Positions 1 through 14,000 of a stretch of 64,000 nucleotides of DNA are shown here, piece after piece. Source of the DNA: Raillietiella orientalis (lineage: Eukaryota). Within the stretch, counting starts at the first letter, position 1; each line of letters starts with the position of its first letter. Under the pieces are notes generated by a model. The model was not told the origin of the DNA. It was given only the letters and a program-made list of their open reading frames with translations, and searched no databases. The position numbers were made by a program, and so were the translations under genes. Location of the stretch: contig JAYWIR010000041.1 of assembly GCA_036172245.1 (NCBI GenBank), positions 1,426,001-1,490,000 on the forward strand, read 5' to 3'.

Positions 1-1790
1 TTTTGTAAGTACTATCGTATTATCCATGTGTAGACCACATCCCTCGTATAATGCGTGCCCCTTTCCTTATACGGGCGCCTACTGTATATCCATTCTTTTT
101 TGGTGAAGAAGAAGAAAGAATGAAAGAAAAAAGGAAGGTTGTTGAATCGAGGATCGATCGTTTCTTCCGGGCTCTTCAGGTCTCATAGAGTTTGGTAGTT
201 TAGAAATCCAAATTATGGAACCGTTTCTGGCAAGCTGGGTTCGAGCAAAACTCGCTTCCTGTGTAAGAACATAAGTGGATCACATGTGTGTACGGATAAG
301 TAACGCGTGACTCCAGCTGTCGCTAGGATCCTCACAATAGCTTCATTATCCAGGTGCTTCTGTATCACTTTTGCAATCTCCTTGTCTTTTCTCATAATCA
401 CGTCGGGAACATCAGGGATGAATTTCCAAAAGCCTGCGTACTTTTCGTCCGCCGTATAGAATGCGGTGATAAAGGGATTTTCACATTCAAACTTCGATTT
501 CTGTTCTGGACCAAAACAATGCATTGTGACCGGAACAGAACCAAGGTTTCGGTGTTTCGGTAAATCAGGCAAGATCACATGAGTTGCTCCTGCTCTTGTT
601 CTTCTTCTGTTTGATTATCACCACAGACAGAGACCATTTCCGCTTTCGTGCATGCACAGACAATTTCTGAGCTCTCGCATTCGTATGCGTATTATCAGTA
701 GTCGATGGAATCGATTCGATTTCAGGCAAGCATAGTGTTCTGTGTGCATATCTACCTGACCGGTGAAGTCACCTTTCTTATTGGTTGCCTATACTTTTTT
801 GAGTACCACAATAGGTATGCGTTCGAGAAAGTAGAATGGGGGGTGCGCTCCGTGGGATGCTTCTGACTTTCGAGATCCTCCTAGTTTTCAATCTCGTGAT
901 GAAATTTCGAGATCGTCGGAATGTTTCAAGAAGGGTGCAGCTGCATTGCTAGGCTACGATTGCGATTAGGTACCGGGCGCGGGAAGGGTGAGTCCCGCTT
1001 CATAGGAAGACGTAAGTGAAATTGCGAGCGTCGACTGATTCAGGAAATTATAACACCTGCCAAATTCCCTTATTGCTTCTTAGTCTCCCCTGTCTTTGTC
1101 TTCGGCGCCTGTTTTGATTGCCAACGGTTGGGTGCCGGATATTCGAAAATTGTTCTTGAGCCCTACTTTCCCCCTCTCTATGGTCTCGTAGGCCGCATCC
1201 AAAAATGCTGGGAGCTTTGATGGAAGTTGCCATCACAAAGGAATGCGGAACCAACCACTCTTGTTGTCACGATTGCCATCTGCGGAGCCTTCGCATTCCC
1301 TAAGATTACCAAATCGAGCGATCAGATTTCCATATTGGGTTTATTCACAGCATCCCCTTCGGACCTGAAATCCTTTTTCTCTCCCGCGCCGATGGTACTT
1401 TTGGTTGGAATTTTGGATGTGTGGTGCTTACGTGTGCTAAAGCTTCTTGGATATCGGTTTGGATTCCGACGGCATAGTGGGCCAGTTGAGTTCGGAGAAG
1501 CTTTTGCTTGCTATCTTTAGCCTTACTAATGAGGCTCCACGTAATTTTATCGTCTCTTTTTGTGGGCGTACTATGTGAAAAGAACAGATGCTATCTCCAA
1601 AATTAATGCTATCGATTCTCTCGCGGAATGGTCAGGCGATGCTATCACTGGTCGGTGACCTGGAACCAGCTCTTGGTTCGTCTTCTGAGAAGACGAAGGA
1701 ATGTTCGGCGCATATTGACCGCTTCCCCCCTCCCTTTCCCCCCCCCTTATCCTTGTGGCGAAGAGTGTTAAGGTGACCCTTTGGTTTCAG

Positions 1791-2048
1791 TATGTCTACG
1801 AAAGCGAAGAGGCAGAGCACACGGCGGAAGTGTCGGTCGTTTGGAATAGAAACCACCTCGTGGACAGCAGGAACTTCACCCTTTTCAAATGCGAGCTGTT
1901 TGGCTCTCACGGAAACCGCGCCGACTGCTCCTTGTGCACCGCCAGGGAAGCCAAGTATAACTGCAAGTGGTGCGGCAAGTCTTGCTCCTACAAAGATTCG
2001 TGTAGCCACTCTTCGGAACACGAATGTCCTCGTCCGCGCATAGACGTG
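1791..2048 (+). CDS. PlexB: Plexin exon: PSI domain (YVYESEE...CPRPRIDV)
   Basis: Acceptor tttcag ends at 1790, donor gt at 2049; Cys-rich PSI pattern. Confidence 0.9.
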
Positions 2049-5000
2049 GTTTGTCACCCTCCATCGTTTGAAAACAGTACCAAATGTTCTTCAGATACGG
2101 CCTCTGCAGGGTCCCATGGAAGGAGGCACGCTAGTGACCATAGAAGGCAGCAACCTCGGCCTCCGAATGGAGGACATGAAGGATAACGTGAGATTGGGCA
2201 ATGTTCCTTGCGAGCTGGTCGACTACGACGTGTCCGTGAGGATTGTGTGTCGCACAGGCTCTGTGGAGGCTGCTGTGGAAGCTCCGGTCGTGGTCGGGAA
2301 CAACGCAGGGTTCACCCAGGCCGCCGTCAAATTTCAATATCAGGTTTTTTTTTCCCTTTTTTCTCGTTCCCTTTTCAGTTCCTCGTGAAATTTTAGGACA
2401 TCGCCGTGACGGAGGTGTTCCCCAACATGGGTCCCTCGAGTGGAGGGACACACCTAACGATAATTGGTTCTCATCTGAATATCGGTACCCACCGCTCGGT
2501 TTTTCTTGATGATCTCCCCTGCATTGTGAACCCCGCTCAGTCTACCCAATCGAGAATGACCTGCCGGACTTCCGAATCACGGGGACCTCTTCGTATCAAC
2601 ACGCTGACCGTTGCCATCGACAACGCCAGGAGATGGCTCGACGGAAGTCCGTTTACGTACGTTGAGGATCCCGTGATCCTGGAAATAAGACCGCGGAAAT
2701 CGTATGATTCGGGTGGCCGCCTGCTGACGGTGCACGGAACCAACCTGGACGTGGTACAGAAAGCCGAACTGCTCGTTTTCCTCGACAATCCGGACGAAAT
2801 CATCAACAAAACAGTACGCTTTCCTTCTCCTTTGCACACTGTATAGCTGCTGTATCCCAGACCTGTTTTTCAAGAAGTTCTTCGTACATCGTGTGTCCAT
2901 CACCAACCATCGACAGGGATGTCATCCCTTCTCCTCCTTTCCACAAGCACGTGATCAGCCGCCTGTTCTCTTTGCAAGAGCGTAAGAAGTCAGTAAACCG
3001 GTTCGACGCAGGCACCCTTCCACTGAAAATGGGTTTCATCATGGACGGGGTCTTCTCCATGAAGGATTTATCGAAAACTTACAAGAAATTGCAGTCGGAT
3101 TTATTGTACTTCGAAGATCCAACGGTGTACGAATTCGGCGTTAAACTCTACAAGGGAGATGTCTTGATCATCGAGGTCAGCGAACACTCCAGTCTCTTTC
3201 CTAACTGACCAGCTCTTTCAGGGAGTGAACTTGAATGTTGCGAGCGATGAATCTGACTTCAACATCACCGTCGGAACGCATTCCTGCAACTTGACCTCCT
3301 TGACCTCTGCTCAAATTGTGTGCATCCCCCCCTTGCTCCAACCACTCCCTACTGACGAGTACGGAGTCCCCACTGAAAACGGAATGCCCTTGGTTGTTGT
3401 GAGGATCGGCGAAAAATTGCGATATCACGTCGGATACCTGAACTACGAGCTGGACAGCCTGCAGTTGTTCCCCCCAGAAGCAGTCGCTGGTATCACTGCT
3501 GGAACCCTTTTCCTGATCGTCATCTTCCTGATCATCTTGACGCTTTACCGCAGGAAATCCAGCCAAGCAGAAAAAGAGTATAAGAGGATCCAAATCCAGA
3601 TGGACACGTTGGAGAGCAACGTTAGACAGGAATGCAAACAGGGTGAGCACTTTCGTTGTTTTGGTCCAGAACACATAACCTGGGCGAGCGGAACCAGTGC
3701 AAAACAAGATCGGATCAGTCACATCTCTTTAACCCCGGGATAATTTGCGGCGAACCTGAGGGGCTCATTAGGAGCGATTTCAGGCGATCGTCTCGGAGCG
3801 ATTGGAATTCCTCGAACGATGCCGCGTTTCCCAGCCTCAGCTCACCCACGCAAGAAGGACCGTCGCTTTGAAGCAGATATCGCCGCGTTGGATCTTTCAG
3901 GCCCCTTTCCAATACGGCTGAAAATGGGTCCAGCTTTGGGGATTTTCAGTCGTAAATATTAGATGATTTCCACGTGCCCAACGTCAGGTCTGGCAAAGGG
4001 ATCGTCACTAAGGCCATCCCGGACAAAGCTTCGCGGCATCGTTAGCTTCCTAGCAAGCTTGAACTTGTCGTTGGTCTCTGGCACTTCTTCCAGGTTCCAG
4101 AATTTGTCCGGCTTGCCTTCGGGGAGAAATTTCCGGAGGCGCAACTGATCTGTTGCTAGCAGATGCGTTTGTATTTCGAGCAGGCAGGTCGGTTCAGAGG
4201 ACACAAACCAGAATTTATTTCCGAACCGAAGCAAGGCTGAAGGAGAGGTTGAGGTGCCTTGAAATGGATCGTTTCGGAAAACCGAAGATCGCTAATGAGG
4301 GAAACACTGATGCACTAAAGAAAAGTGCACGTTCTTTGTTTTGTTTTGTTTTTCCAATCTGCTGCCCATGGTGGAAAAAGTTTTCCTGACGTGCCTTCAT
4401 GTCTGATCATTGATTAGCGTTTTTCGGCACCTCAGAAGCAATCGCCTAAAGCTAATTAGCTTGAAACTGAGCAACTCCACGCCTTCATTAGTAACCATTA
4501 AATTACATTTTCAACTTTCTTTTGCTCGCGTGGAAAACCAATGAGAATTAATCGTTAAAGAGGCCTCCTGTCTGAGTTAATCATTTTATGTTATCATCGC
4601 GGTCGAAATCTTTAAGGTAGAGTTAAACGTTCATCGAGGAGACTCCAGTGCAAGGAAAGATCCTGGAGTCCACGTGGCTTACCTGCAGATAGGGAAGATC
4701 TGTAGGGTCAGTTTTCCTCTCCATCAAAGAGAATGATTGCAGAAGAAGCTGTGTGGCAACAAGAGATTGTTCCGTATTTCCCTGTGCGTTTCTTTTATAT
4801 GTGGACATGAGTGAGCACATTTTGTAGGTATTTCAGTAAAATAGTAATATGGATGATTGAAATGATGAATAATTCGATGATGAATAATTTCGTCTATTTT
4901 CTCCTTCAATTTGTGTTCTCTTAATCTCTTGTTGCATGCAACGAAAGGCGTTTTTTGAGCTCTGCAACATCTACCATTTCTCTTTGCCTGCGCATTTTGA

Positions 5001-8000
5001 GTTTAATCTTTTTGGTCATCAGGACTCACTTCATGATCATTCTGGTTGATAACCTCGGAAAACATTGAAATTGAAAGATCGGCTTCCGGAATTCATATTT
5101 TTTTTTTTTTTTAAAAAAAAAAAATGTATCCTCCGAAACAAACGTCACTTGGAATACTCAAGGAAGATCCAGAAGAGTTTGGAAGGTGAAGATCACTTCC
5201 GTTTTTGCACTGGTGGGACAAGCGGAAGTGCGTCATCACGCATTTTGTATGAGTGCAGCTGCGAGCTGCAAATGACGTGGACACAGGTCTTGTAACCAAC
5301 GTCGCGCTGCTGCAACGAAGTTCAGATGCAGTTTTGCTGCTCCCATGCAATTTTGCGATTCTCACAGTCAACTAAACTTCTCACAATGAACCGACACCAA
5401 GAAGACAGAGCTGCGTACTCCGTCAGCCTCGTAAGGAGTACCTTTTTGTGTGTCGTTGAATTCGGTGGCTAACTCAGACAGTATGTAATGAGAGCTGACG
5501 CGTATCTGGAGACCAAACCCATCCCTCGCAGGTGAAGCCTCTTCTTTCCAGTAAACGCTCTGAAAGCTAAGAGATATGATTGTTAATGGACGCGGAATGT
5601 TGTTGATGAATGATTGCTGACCTTGCTCTAGATGTGGTTCTTAGACGCGGATTTCAACTCCTGAAATGTCTAGAGGGAACAAGTTCCTTGTAGTCCCGAA
5701 AGCGCCCGGCTGGAGGGGTTTGAAACCTTTTTTGGGAAAACGCGCTGTTGTGTTTTTCTTTTTGTTTTTTAGATTTCTTCGAATCAAAGCGATGTGTTCC
5801 GATGATGCTCTGCTAATCGCTTTGACAATTTTAGCATTTGCCGAGCTGCAAACCGACATCACTGACTTGACAACAGATCTGGACAAAACTGGCATCCCGA
5901 TCTTCGATCGCCGTGTTTATGTCATGAAGGTTTTCTTTCCCGGAATCTCTGAGCATCCCATTTTGATCCGACCTATGGTAAGATATCTCGGATGTCGTTT
6001 TGCCCGTTGTTTGCTGCGTCGAGGGCAATGCCGTTGCCGCGTGCACGAAAGACATTTTTTTTGTGTGTGTTGTTTGTGATGGATGGACTGCTGAAAAGTT
6101 GGATTCGTGTGCCGACGGTTGCATTGCGACAGATTAGCAGTCACGCATCGCAACCAGGAAACACATATTTGCAACTTTTTCGTTCCCATCTGTAGGGCTT
6201 TTTGTGTGTGTGTGTGTGTGTGTGTATGCATTTTCAGGATCGTCTGGAAAAACAAATTGGAGTATCCTTCCTTCGTTTTGTTTTTCCCTTTTGTGTGGAA
6301 AACAGTGGCATTCGTACTCCAAATGTACAATTCCCGAAATAGCTGGGAAATCGGATAAGTTCTCGAATCTTTGAGTTACGTAGCAACGGACTTGCGTTTT
6401 GATTTACTGAATGTGGGGAGCGTCAGGGTTGCGTCCTCCAGTCGGGTTTCATCTAATCCGTCTTTTCACTGAAGTTCTGGGAAACGTTTTCATCGATGCA
6501 TTTAAGAAGTGTGTGCGAAAACGCCAAACGGGGCCCACTGAGGTAGCAAAAAAGAAAAAGCGATGTTATGTGATGGGCGAGTTGGGAGGAGCGCATCGGA
6601 AAACTCTCAAAGAACAGAACCGTTGACCCGACGCAGATGAAGGAAGAAATCAGATGGATAAAAAAGTGAAGCGGCATCGAGAAAATCATTCGTTCCTTAC
6701 CTTGGACCGGAGTTTTCGTGAAGGGCAAAGGGAAGTCGTACATTGGGGAAGTCTGGGAGTGGATTCCCTTTCCAAGTAACAACAACTGTGTGCTGCCTAG
6801 CCATCATTTGTTAAGCTTCTTCTTTTTTTTTTTTTTTTTTGCCAACATCCGTAGCGAGGAGTGGACGGCTCGGCATCTGGGATGCGGGTAGGATTTCTGC
6901 AGGTTAACCTCTTCCTCTCTTCGTTCTATTCCAGAGTCTGTAAATTATAGGAAACTGCTCGGCGAGGTACTAAAATTTCGGGTCCCATATTTTTCGAATG
7001 TAAGGCCCGTCTCTTCCCTTTCGTCCCCTTTTTATTTGCTTCACATCTCGAATCTCGATCTGAAACGCACTTCTGTGGTTTCAGTCCTGATAAGGCAATC
7101 CATTTGAAATCTGCAGCCGTAAAATCACCATCTGTTGCAGGTGTTTTTCAAAAAAAAAAAAAAAATTGAGTAGACGTAGACGTCGTTGCGTTGATTTAAA
7201 GCAGCATCTCAAGCAGTAAAAGCCATCGCCGGTGGAAGAATCTTGATTTTTTTTCGTGCTCCCAAATATTCTGGAGAGCGGTTCCTAATGATCCGGAATG
7301 CCTTCTATTACATTCTGCAGCAGGAAGCCGTTGTGTCTTGGGTTCGTGCACGAGGTCTCGTCGAAGGAGGGCATGGCGCCTTGCCCGTGTTTCAGCCCTA
7401 CTTGGCGAAACCCAAACGGCAAAGGCCTACCATCCGTTCGTTTTCCTCTTCGTCCAGATGTCCTTCTCGAAAGTGGCAGATGCATTTCGTGAGTAGATAC
7501 CCCGCTGCAGTGTTTGCGCCGGAGAAAGCGAGATCCCTATCTCTTGTGAGCGCGAACCCGGTTCAGCAGATGAAGGTGCCGCAGGCTCATATTCCAAATC
7601 ATTTAGATCGGTACCGCGACGATGCCGAATTTCAGCTTCGCCCTACTCGCTCCTCTGTCTTTCCCCTGAACTTTTGTTGTGTCCGCAGTCCATGCATGCA
7701 ACTCGACGAGTCTTTTCGAGAGTGACGTTTTTTTTTCGTGTTTTTATCTTTTTTTTTTCCTCCATTAAGCCTCCTACGTAGATTCTGAAGGGAGCAGGAA
7801 CATTCCGCTTTTATTTTTGCCTCTGCCCGAACAAGTCTATCACTCCGCCGAAGATTCGCTCCATCATCTAGATAGCGCCTCTTGCAAAATGCGTTGCTTC
7901 TGCTTCTGTTTCTCTTTGGGGAGACGGAAAGTTCTGTTTTGCAGCTGAGTTTGGAACGGTTCTCTCAAGAGCGCCTGCAGGGTGCTCAAGAAATTCACAT

Positions 8001-11000
8001 CCACCGAACCGAGCAGTATGGCTGCTTTCTCTTTCGTTATCCATGCGGGAACGTTCAGTGAGCTTTCCGATTCTTCAGCATTCCAGGTGCGTCTTCGAGT
8101 CTTTCAGCTCGGGAGTTTGATCGTTTTCATTCTTTTTCTGGTCAGTTCCAAAGCCAGCGTCGAGAAGTGACCGTGTACGAAAGAGAGGACACGTTTCGCT
8201 TCGCCTTTCTGAGGTCACTGGTATCGGCACGCGCTCGATTTTGGAAACCTCCTCCCACTGGGAAAAAGCCATGCAAACGGTGGAGACTCTGTCGCCTGAG
8301 CATCTTGATGCAAAGTGGACCAAAGTCCTGACGTGCGGTCCTAACGCCGCAGCTCGTCTCCGAAGGGAAACCCTCGTATAAATGCAAATTGAGTGGTTTG
8401 GACTGCTGTTCCGGCCAAAGGGTCGCTGGAGGTTCGAAGCAAAAAACATCCCCGTCGGTCATTCCTCGCTGTCAAGCGCTCCTTCTTCCTCACTGACGGT
8501 TTTTCGCGAGGTCTTCTTGAGCTCAGCTGCCTTCTTCCGCACTTCAGAATCGGAATCCGAGCAGCAGCAGATGAAGTGCGCGTGAAACTGAGATGTGCGC
8601 ACGAGGAAACGGAGCACATCCTCAGACCCTCCGTATCTTGGGACCTTCGGATTGCTTGCACTGACATCGCTCGTTCTTTCGTCTTCCGTCATAAATCTGA
8701 GACTTTTCTTTGCTCGAGTTTCTGAAAGACAAGCCGGAGTTTCGAACTGTCGTTGTATTTTATTTTCCCGGGTAAAGCACAGTGCCTTCCCCTCTTCCCT
8801 CTCCTCCCCATGCAGAGTTTGGAGATCGTGCTACCGTGACAGAGTTCCTTATGGTGCCGCGATATTTTCAGAATTATAGGACATAATGAACGTCTACTAT
8901 GGTTTATTATTTTCACGCTATGGCCGAGGAGCGTTCGTGACTTTCAGCAGTGCGACTCACGGAGCTGCGCGCGTGCAGTAAGGGAAAACGTGTTGGTCTG
9001 TGTGCCGTTCTCTGCAACTGTCGCAAGGCAGTGGAAACGGTGATTTAAAACGTGCTGCACCCGTCGTAATCTTCTCCTTCCATGCGAGAAAGGATTTGCT
9101 TCTGTTTCCTTCAGTTCACCACCGTGGAGGGCATCCTGCGCTGTCGCACGAAATGTTGTTCCGTTGCGAAAGCCAGTCCAGACCAGAGAGAGAGGAGCAG
9201 CCTCCGCTCTCTGGTTCAAAGGGTCAGACGGTCGTATTGATTCTGACACTTCACGTTGTCCACATTCCCATCGATGCAAACGGACGAAAGTTCGGAATCA
9301 GTGTGCATGCACCTGTCTTTCACGTCATTCCGGGTTTTCTCTTGGGATTCTCTGCGTGCGAATCCGCCCTTCGAGGGTTTATCTGCGTCCAGGGCATCTT
9401 TTCCTTGCTGTTGATTATTTACCTGACCCGAGGCACTGTGCAGTGGCCTTGCCTAGATTAGCTCGGATGGACTGATTTCGTTTCAAGCATTTGAAAAATG
9501 CTGGCGATGCTGCGTCTGGTTTCCCTTTCACCCGGCAGCCGTGCAGATTTTGCTGCTGTAGCTTTTAAAACGTGGTTCCAGAGGAAGGGAATGGTGGAAG
9601 AGGAAAAGTCGAAGGGAAACGTAAACCAAACCACGGAGGCGGATTTCCATTTCCTTCCTGACCGTCGTTTCTGCGAGTCCTTGCAGTGGGGGGTCCTGAT
9701 GGAAGGACGGTGATAAAGCTGAAGTTTTTTGTTTTTGTTTGTTTCTTTGCTTTCCTGCCTAATTCGTTCCTGAATATGAACGGGCAAAGCCAGGAACGCT
9801 GTGTTGCTTCCCATCGCTAGCAATTTTTCATGTGTGAAAAAATAGCGAAAAATTCGGGATCATCATGTAGCGGTTATCGAATGTGCATCCTCCTCGTAAA
9901 TATTCCTCATAGTTCTGCTCCGGAAAGATACAAAAATCTCATCGGTGATCAGCAGCAAACCAACCAACTAATTTATGTATTGCTGAAAGCACTTTTAGTT
10001 GGCCAATGAATCTATGGATGAACTCTTTACACGAAGCTATCAGTTTTGGATGATTACCCGATAAACAGTGGTTCATGGAAAGCAATTTCCAAAAAGTATT
10101 TAATGACTGAAATCAATGAAGACAGTATCTTTATTGAATGTGTACCAGGGAGGATTCGCATCGATGGCGGTGGTCTTGTGGGTTTTAAACCGAGACAGCA
10201 CTAACAGGAAGTCGTGCAGGCTGAATCCGTCCCCTACTACAGCATCCGTATGCTCTCAACAGACTGCTCAAGAACCAGAAGAAACTGGAATCAAAGATGA
10301 AGCGGAACAAGAAGTCTTTTGAGTTTCGGCACCGAAATGGGCGAAAATGAGAAAGCAACTAACTGCTTTCAAGAAATAGATAATAAAGTTGGCAAAAGAC
10401 TTGATATCTGCATCTTCAACGAAAGGGCATTTCTTACTCAAATAAGGAAATTATTCGGCTGAAGGCAAAAGGTGGTTACCCTTACTGACTCTCCCATGAA
10501 AGAAGACCAAAACAAATTTAAAAGCAGAAGACATTCATTAGGCAGTTGAAGCTTTCATATCGTTTTATGTGCTCCGAGTGTTAGTGTGTCAGATGCGTCT
10601 TCTGTTCAGAGTGCTCTGTCATTCATCACGCGTTTCCACCGTTGGCACTTTGTCGCATTTTACAATTGCCGGATTTCGTGTTCAGAACACAGCGTGTTAA
10701 TGGATCTGGGCAGGTAGGTGCTTTTTGGCCCTGACCTTTTAGCACGTCACTTGTGTTGTTAGTCGGATGTGTTTCTTGATCATTCACGATGTCGCCATGG
10801 AAGGTTTCATTACAAACTAATTCGTAGGAGCAGTGCCAAATTCATTAGGTTCTCCTCTTTATTAAACATCGTTTGTAAAGAAAAAAAAAAAAAAAAAAAA
10901 AAAAACACTGCCATTATTATATGTTGGCTTGGAATCCGATCCCAGGGGCTGCAAAACCAATAAAGTCTAATTTGCCGTCCAGGCACTGACGGCATGTGAA

Positions 11001-14000
11001 TCTCCATCTTGCTGTGAGACCGAAAATCCCGGTGTCCCACTGGAGAGTTTCCTCTGATCCTCAGGTGCACCTGATCCTGCACCGGCAAAACGCCTGTTTC
11101 TGACCCGGCGTCTCAGAGGTCACCCAAAGGCTGCAACCCGTTCCGTAGCACCGCGCCCGTTTTCGGGACTTCTTTCTTTTCCAGCCTCCCCGTTCCGCAG
11201 TCTGTGGTGTTTCGTAGCTTAGGGGATGGCTGAACACAATGGAGATTGTAATAGCAATTAGCAGTGAAGTAACAGTGACAGTCACGGTGTCAGGAATCTT
11301 GTCTTTGCATCCTGTGTTTGTCCGTCCGTCCTCCTAACGATGACGTCAGTCTGGACCCTCACGTATGCATATTGAGGAAAGTTTAGGTCAGGAAAATGGT
11401 CGGATCTCATAATGCAAATCATGAAGTTTTCTTTACTTGTGCTTTTGGTTTCTTACTGCTTGAGCCACAACGCCATCGTAGAAAAACTTGACAAAGGATG
11501 TTAAATGAAGATTTTCTATTATATATTTACTCCGTTTTTCCTTTTGATAAGGAGGGACGCCCATTTTAATAGTCATGGTTGCTGTAAATGGAGCTTTACA
11601 GCAAAAATGTTTTAAAAATGTTTCTCAATCCGAATTGCGTTTGGTTCTTTTACGAAAGATGTGATTATCTGTTTCACGTGAAGAATTGTTCAAGATCGAC
11701 TCCGAATCAAGTCGTTTGGACCAGCGAATTCTCATCTGACAACCTTCAAGCATGCGTGTTTATCGGTTGCCTATGCTAAAGTCTCAATTTGGGATTTACA
11801 CTTTTGGCTTTCTTTAATTGTGCGGCGGCACTCGTCAACCTCTTTCAGGAATCCTCTGCTAAGGATGCATCCTCGCCTCGTGCTGCCGCTGAAGTCAGTT
11901 CGTCCGAGATGGAAAGATTTTCATCATAATCGCGTTTTTGTGTTTCATATGTGATTTAATTGGAGAGGGAACCGTTCTCAGCAACGTCCGCGTTTCAGCT
12001 TTGGATGAATGGAACAGCTTGGAATTTCCACGGTTTGGTGCGTCTTTCCTCTTTGCTGCTGCCAACGTGACTTTGCTGGAGGGGAGGGGGAGAATGTTGC
12101 TATGGTGCATTCCAAGCAATAGATCTAAGTGACAGTGTAATATATTGCTGTTAATCAGACCGTCATAATTAAATAACGGTGATGTGTCTTCATTCCCGAA
12201 ACCAATAAATCTCATTTTTCAAAAAAGGAAAAAAAAAAGAAAAAAAAAAAAAAAAGGAATCTGCGAAAAACAAACTCCGGGATCACTCCCGGCATGAAGA
12301 TGATCGGGGAATCTCCGAGGAAGGCCCGGCGCCGCGGTCCTGGTTCCGCATCCTTGCGCCACGCGTGCGTTTCTGGTGCTTGCGTTGTTCGTGCTGCTGA
12401 CAGAAGCTCCACGCACATCTTTCAACTGGTCGGTTTTTCCCCAGCAGCCGTGGTGTTTCACTTTTCCTCCTCAATTTTACAGCCTGGTTACGCTTTTCAG
12501 CACATTTATTTTTAGAGGGAACTCCCAACGAATGTACTTAAAACTAAAAATAAAAATGCATGTGCACCCTCGGATGCATGTTTGTACACTCACGCACACG
12601 AGCGCATGCGATGGGTAGTTGGATATACGTTTTCGCCCTGTCCTTAAAAAATAAAAATAAAAAAATCGTTGATGCCTGAAAAAATAAATTCGTCGTGGGA
12701 AAAGGTTCGGGAAGGTTTCCCAAGAGAGCAGCCTCTGATTAAGGAGGACATCGAAAAGAGAAGTTCTCTGAACTCGACGACCATGTTTTCCTCTGTTCGT
12801 TTCCGATTGTGAGATAAAAAGGGTGAGGTCACAAGGGCTGGTGATGCATGCCCGCCGAGAAATGCGCCAGGCATGTGCGTCCTCGTGTTTGGACACGGTG
12901 GCCTCTGAGGTGGACACAGCGCACGGAGCCCACTCCCACCACGCCTCCCCGGACGCCGGAAACGCACGCGGCGCCTCGGGCGATCCGGAACCCCCGCGGT
13001 GCGCGGAGGAGGTGCCGGCGTGTTCGGTGTTCGGTGTGCGCGCGGTGTGTGCGGTGTGGCCGCTGCCCCCCGTCCTCGTTGAAAGCGAACGCTGCGAGCG
13101 GGTTCGATCCTCCCTCCGCAGGATCGAACCCGCCATGCCTCGACGCTCTTCTCATCTTCGGAAATCAACCAGGGAGGTGACTCACTGATCCGGGATCCCT
13201 TCGAATCAGAAGGAACCGTTGCACGGAATAGCAAAAAAGGCTTCGGCTGAGGTTTTTCCCACGAAACTTGCGTTTTATGCCATGGGAAAGGATGAAAAAT
13301 GAACCAAGCGTACGGTTGCGGAGATTGAAAAAAAGGAAAACGCAAAAAAAAAAATTTTCCCCCTTTTGTTTGTCTCTGTGGTTGATTCCTCCAGAGCTGT
13401 CCTCTCCAGCCATTTTTCTCCGCTCGCAGTGGTGAGAAAAATAGTGAATTGCAGTTCAAGAAGCGCGTCGTCACTTATTGGTTCCATTAGGAGCTGTCGG
13501 CTAGAAGAAGAAGAAGAAAAAAAAAATGGCCTGATGGCTCATCTGTTTTGCTAAAATGGAACATCCTGGCAAATCCCGTTAATTGAGAAAACGCTGGAGC
13601 TTCCGCCGCGAGGATTTCGCCGTGCCATGTACAAGCTGCCGCCGCCATGTTGCCGTTGCCAGAGACCGCTTTCGCAAACTGCAGTGGCCTGGAGAAACCG
13701 GCTAATCGATAACCAGCCGGGTCCCGTGGCGGAAACCATCTTAATGAGAACCAAAGCTCGGTGTGATGATGAGAAAGATTAAGCTGGGACGCAGAATCTC
13801 GTTTGGAAGCGCTGCTTCCGTGGTCGTGGTAGAGGGTCGCCGCGTGCCCGGCCTGCCGCAATGCGCTCGCGGCGCAGGGAAGAAGTCGCCCCCGAGTTAA
13901 CGAGCGCTACCCGAGGCCCTCTGCCCCGCACTGACGCCCACCTACTTTCAGGCTGCATCTCGGAGCTGGAGCAACATCTACGACAACGCGATGATGGAAT

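Noticed and set aside
12477..13474. Long overlapping minus-strand ORFs (219 and 276 aa)
   Set aside because: Explained by high GC content; Arg/Pro/Ala-rich translations with no domain
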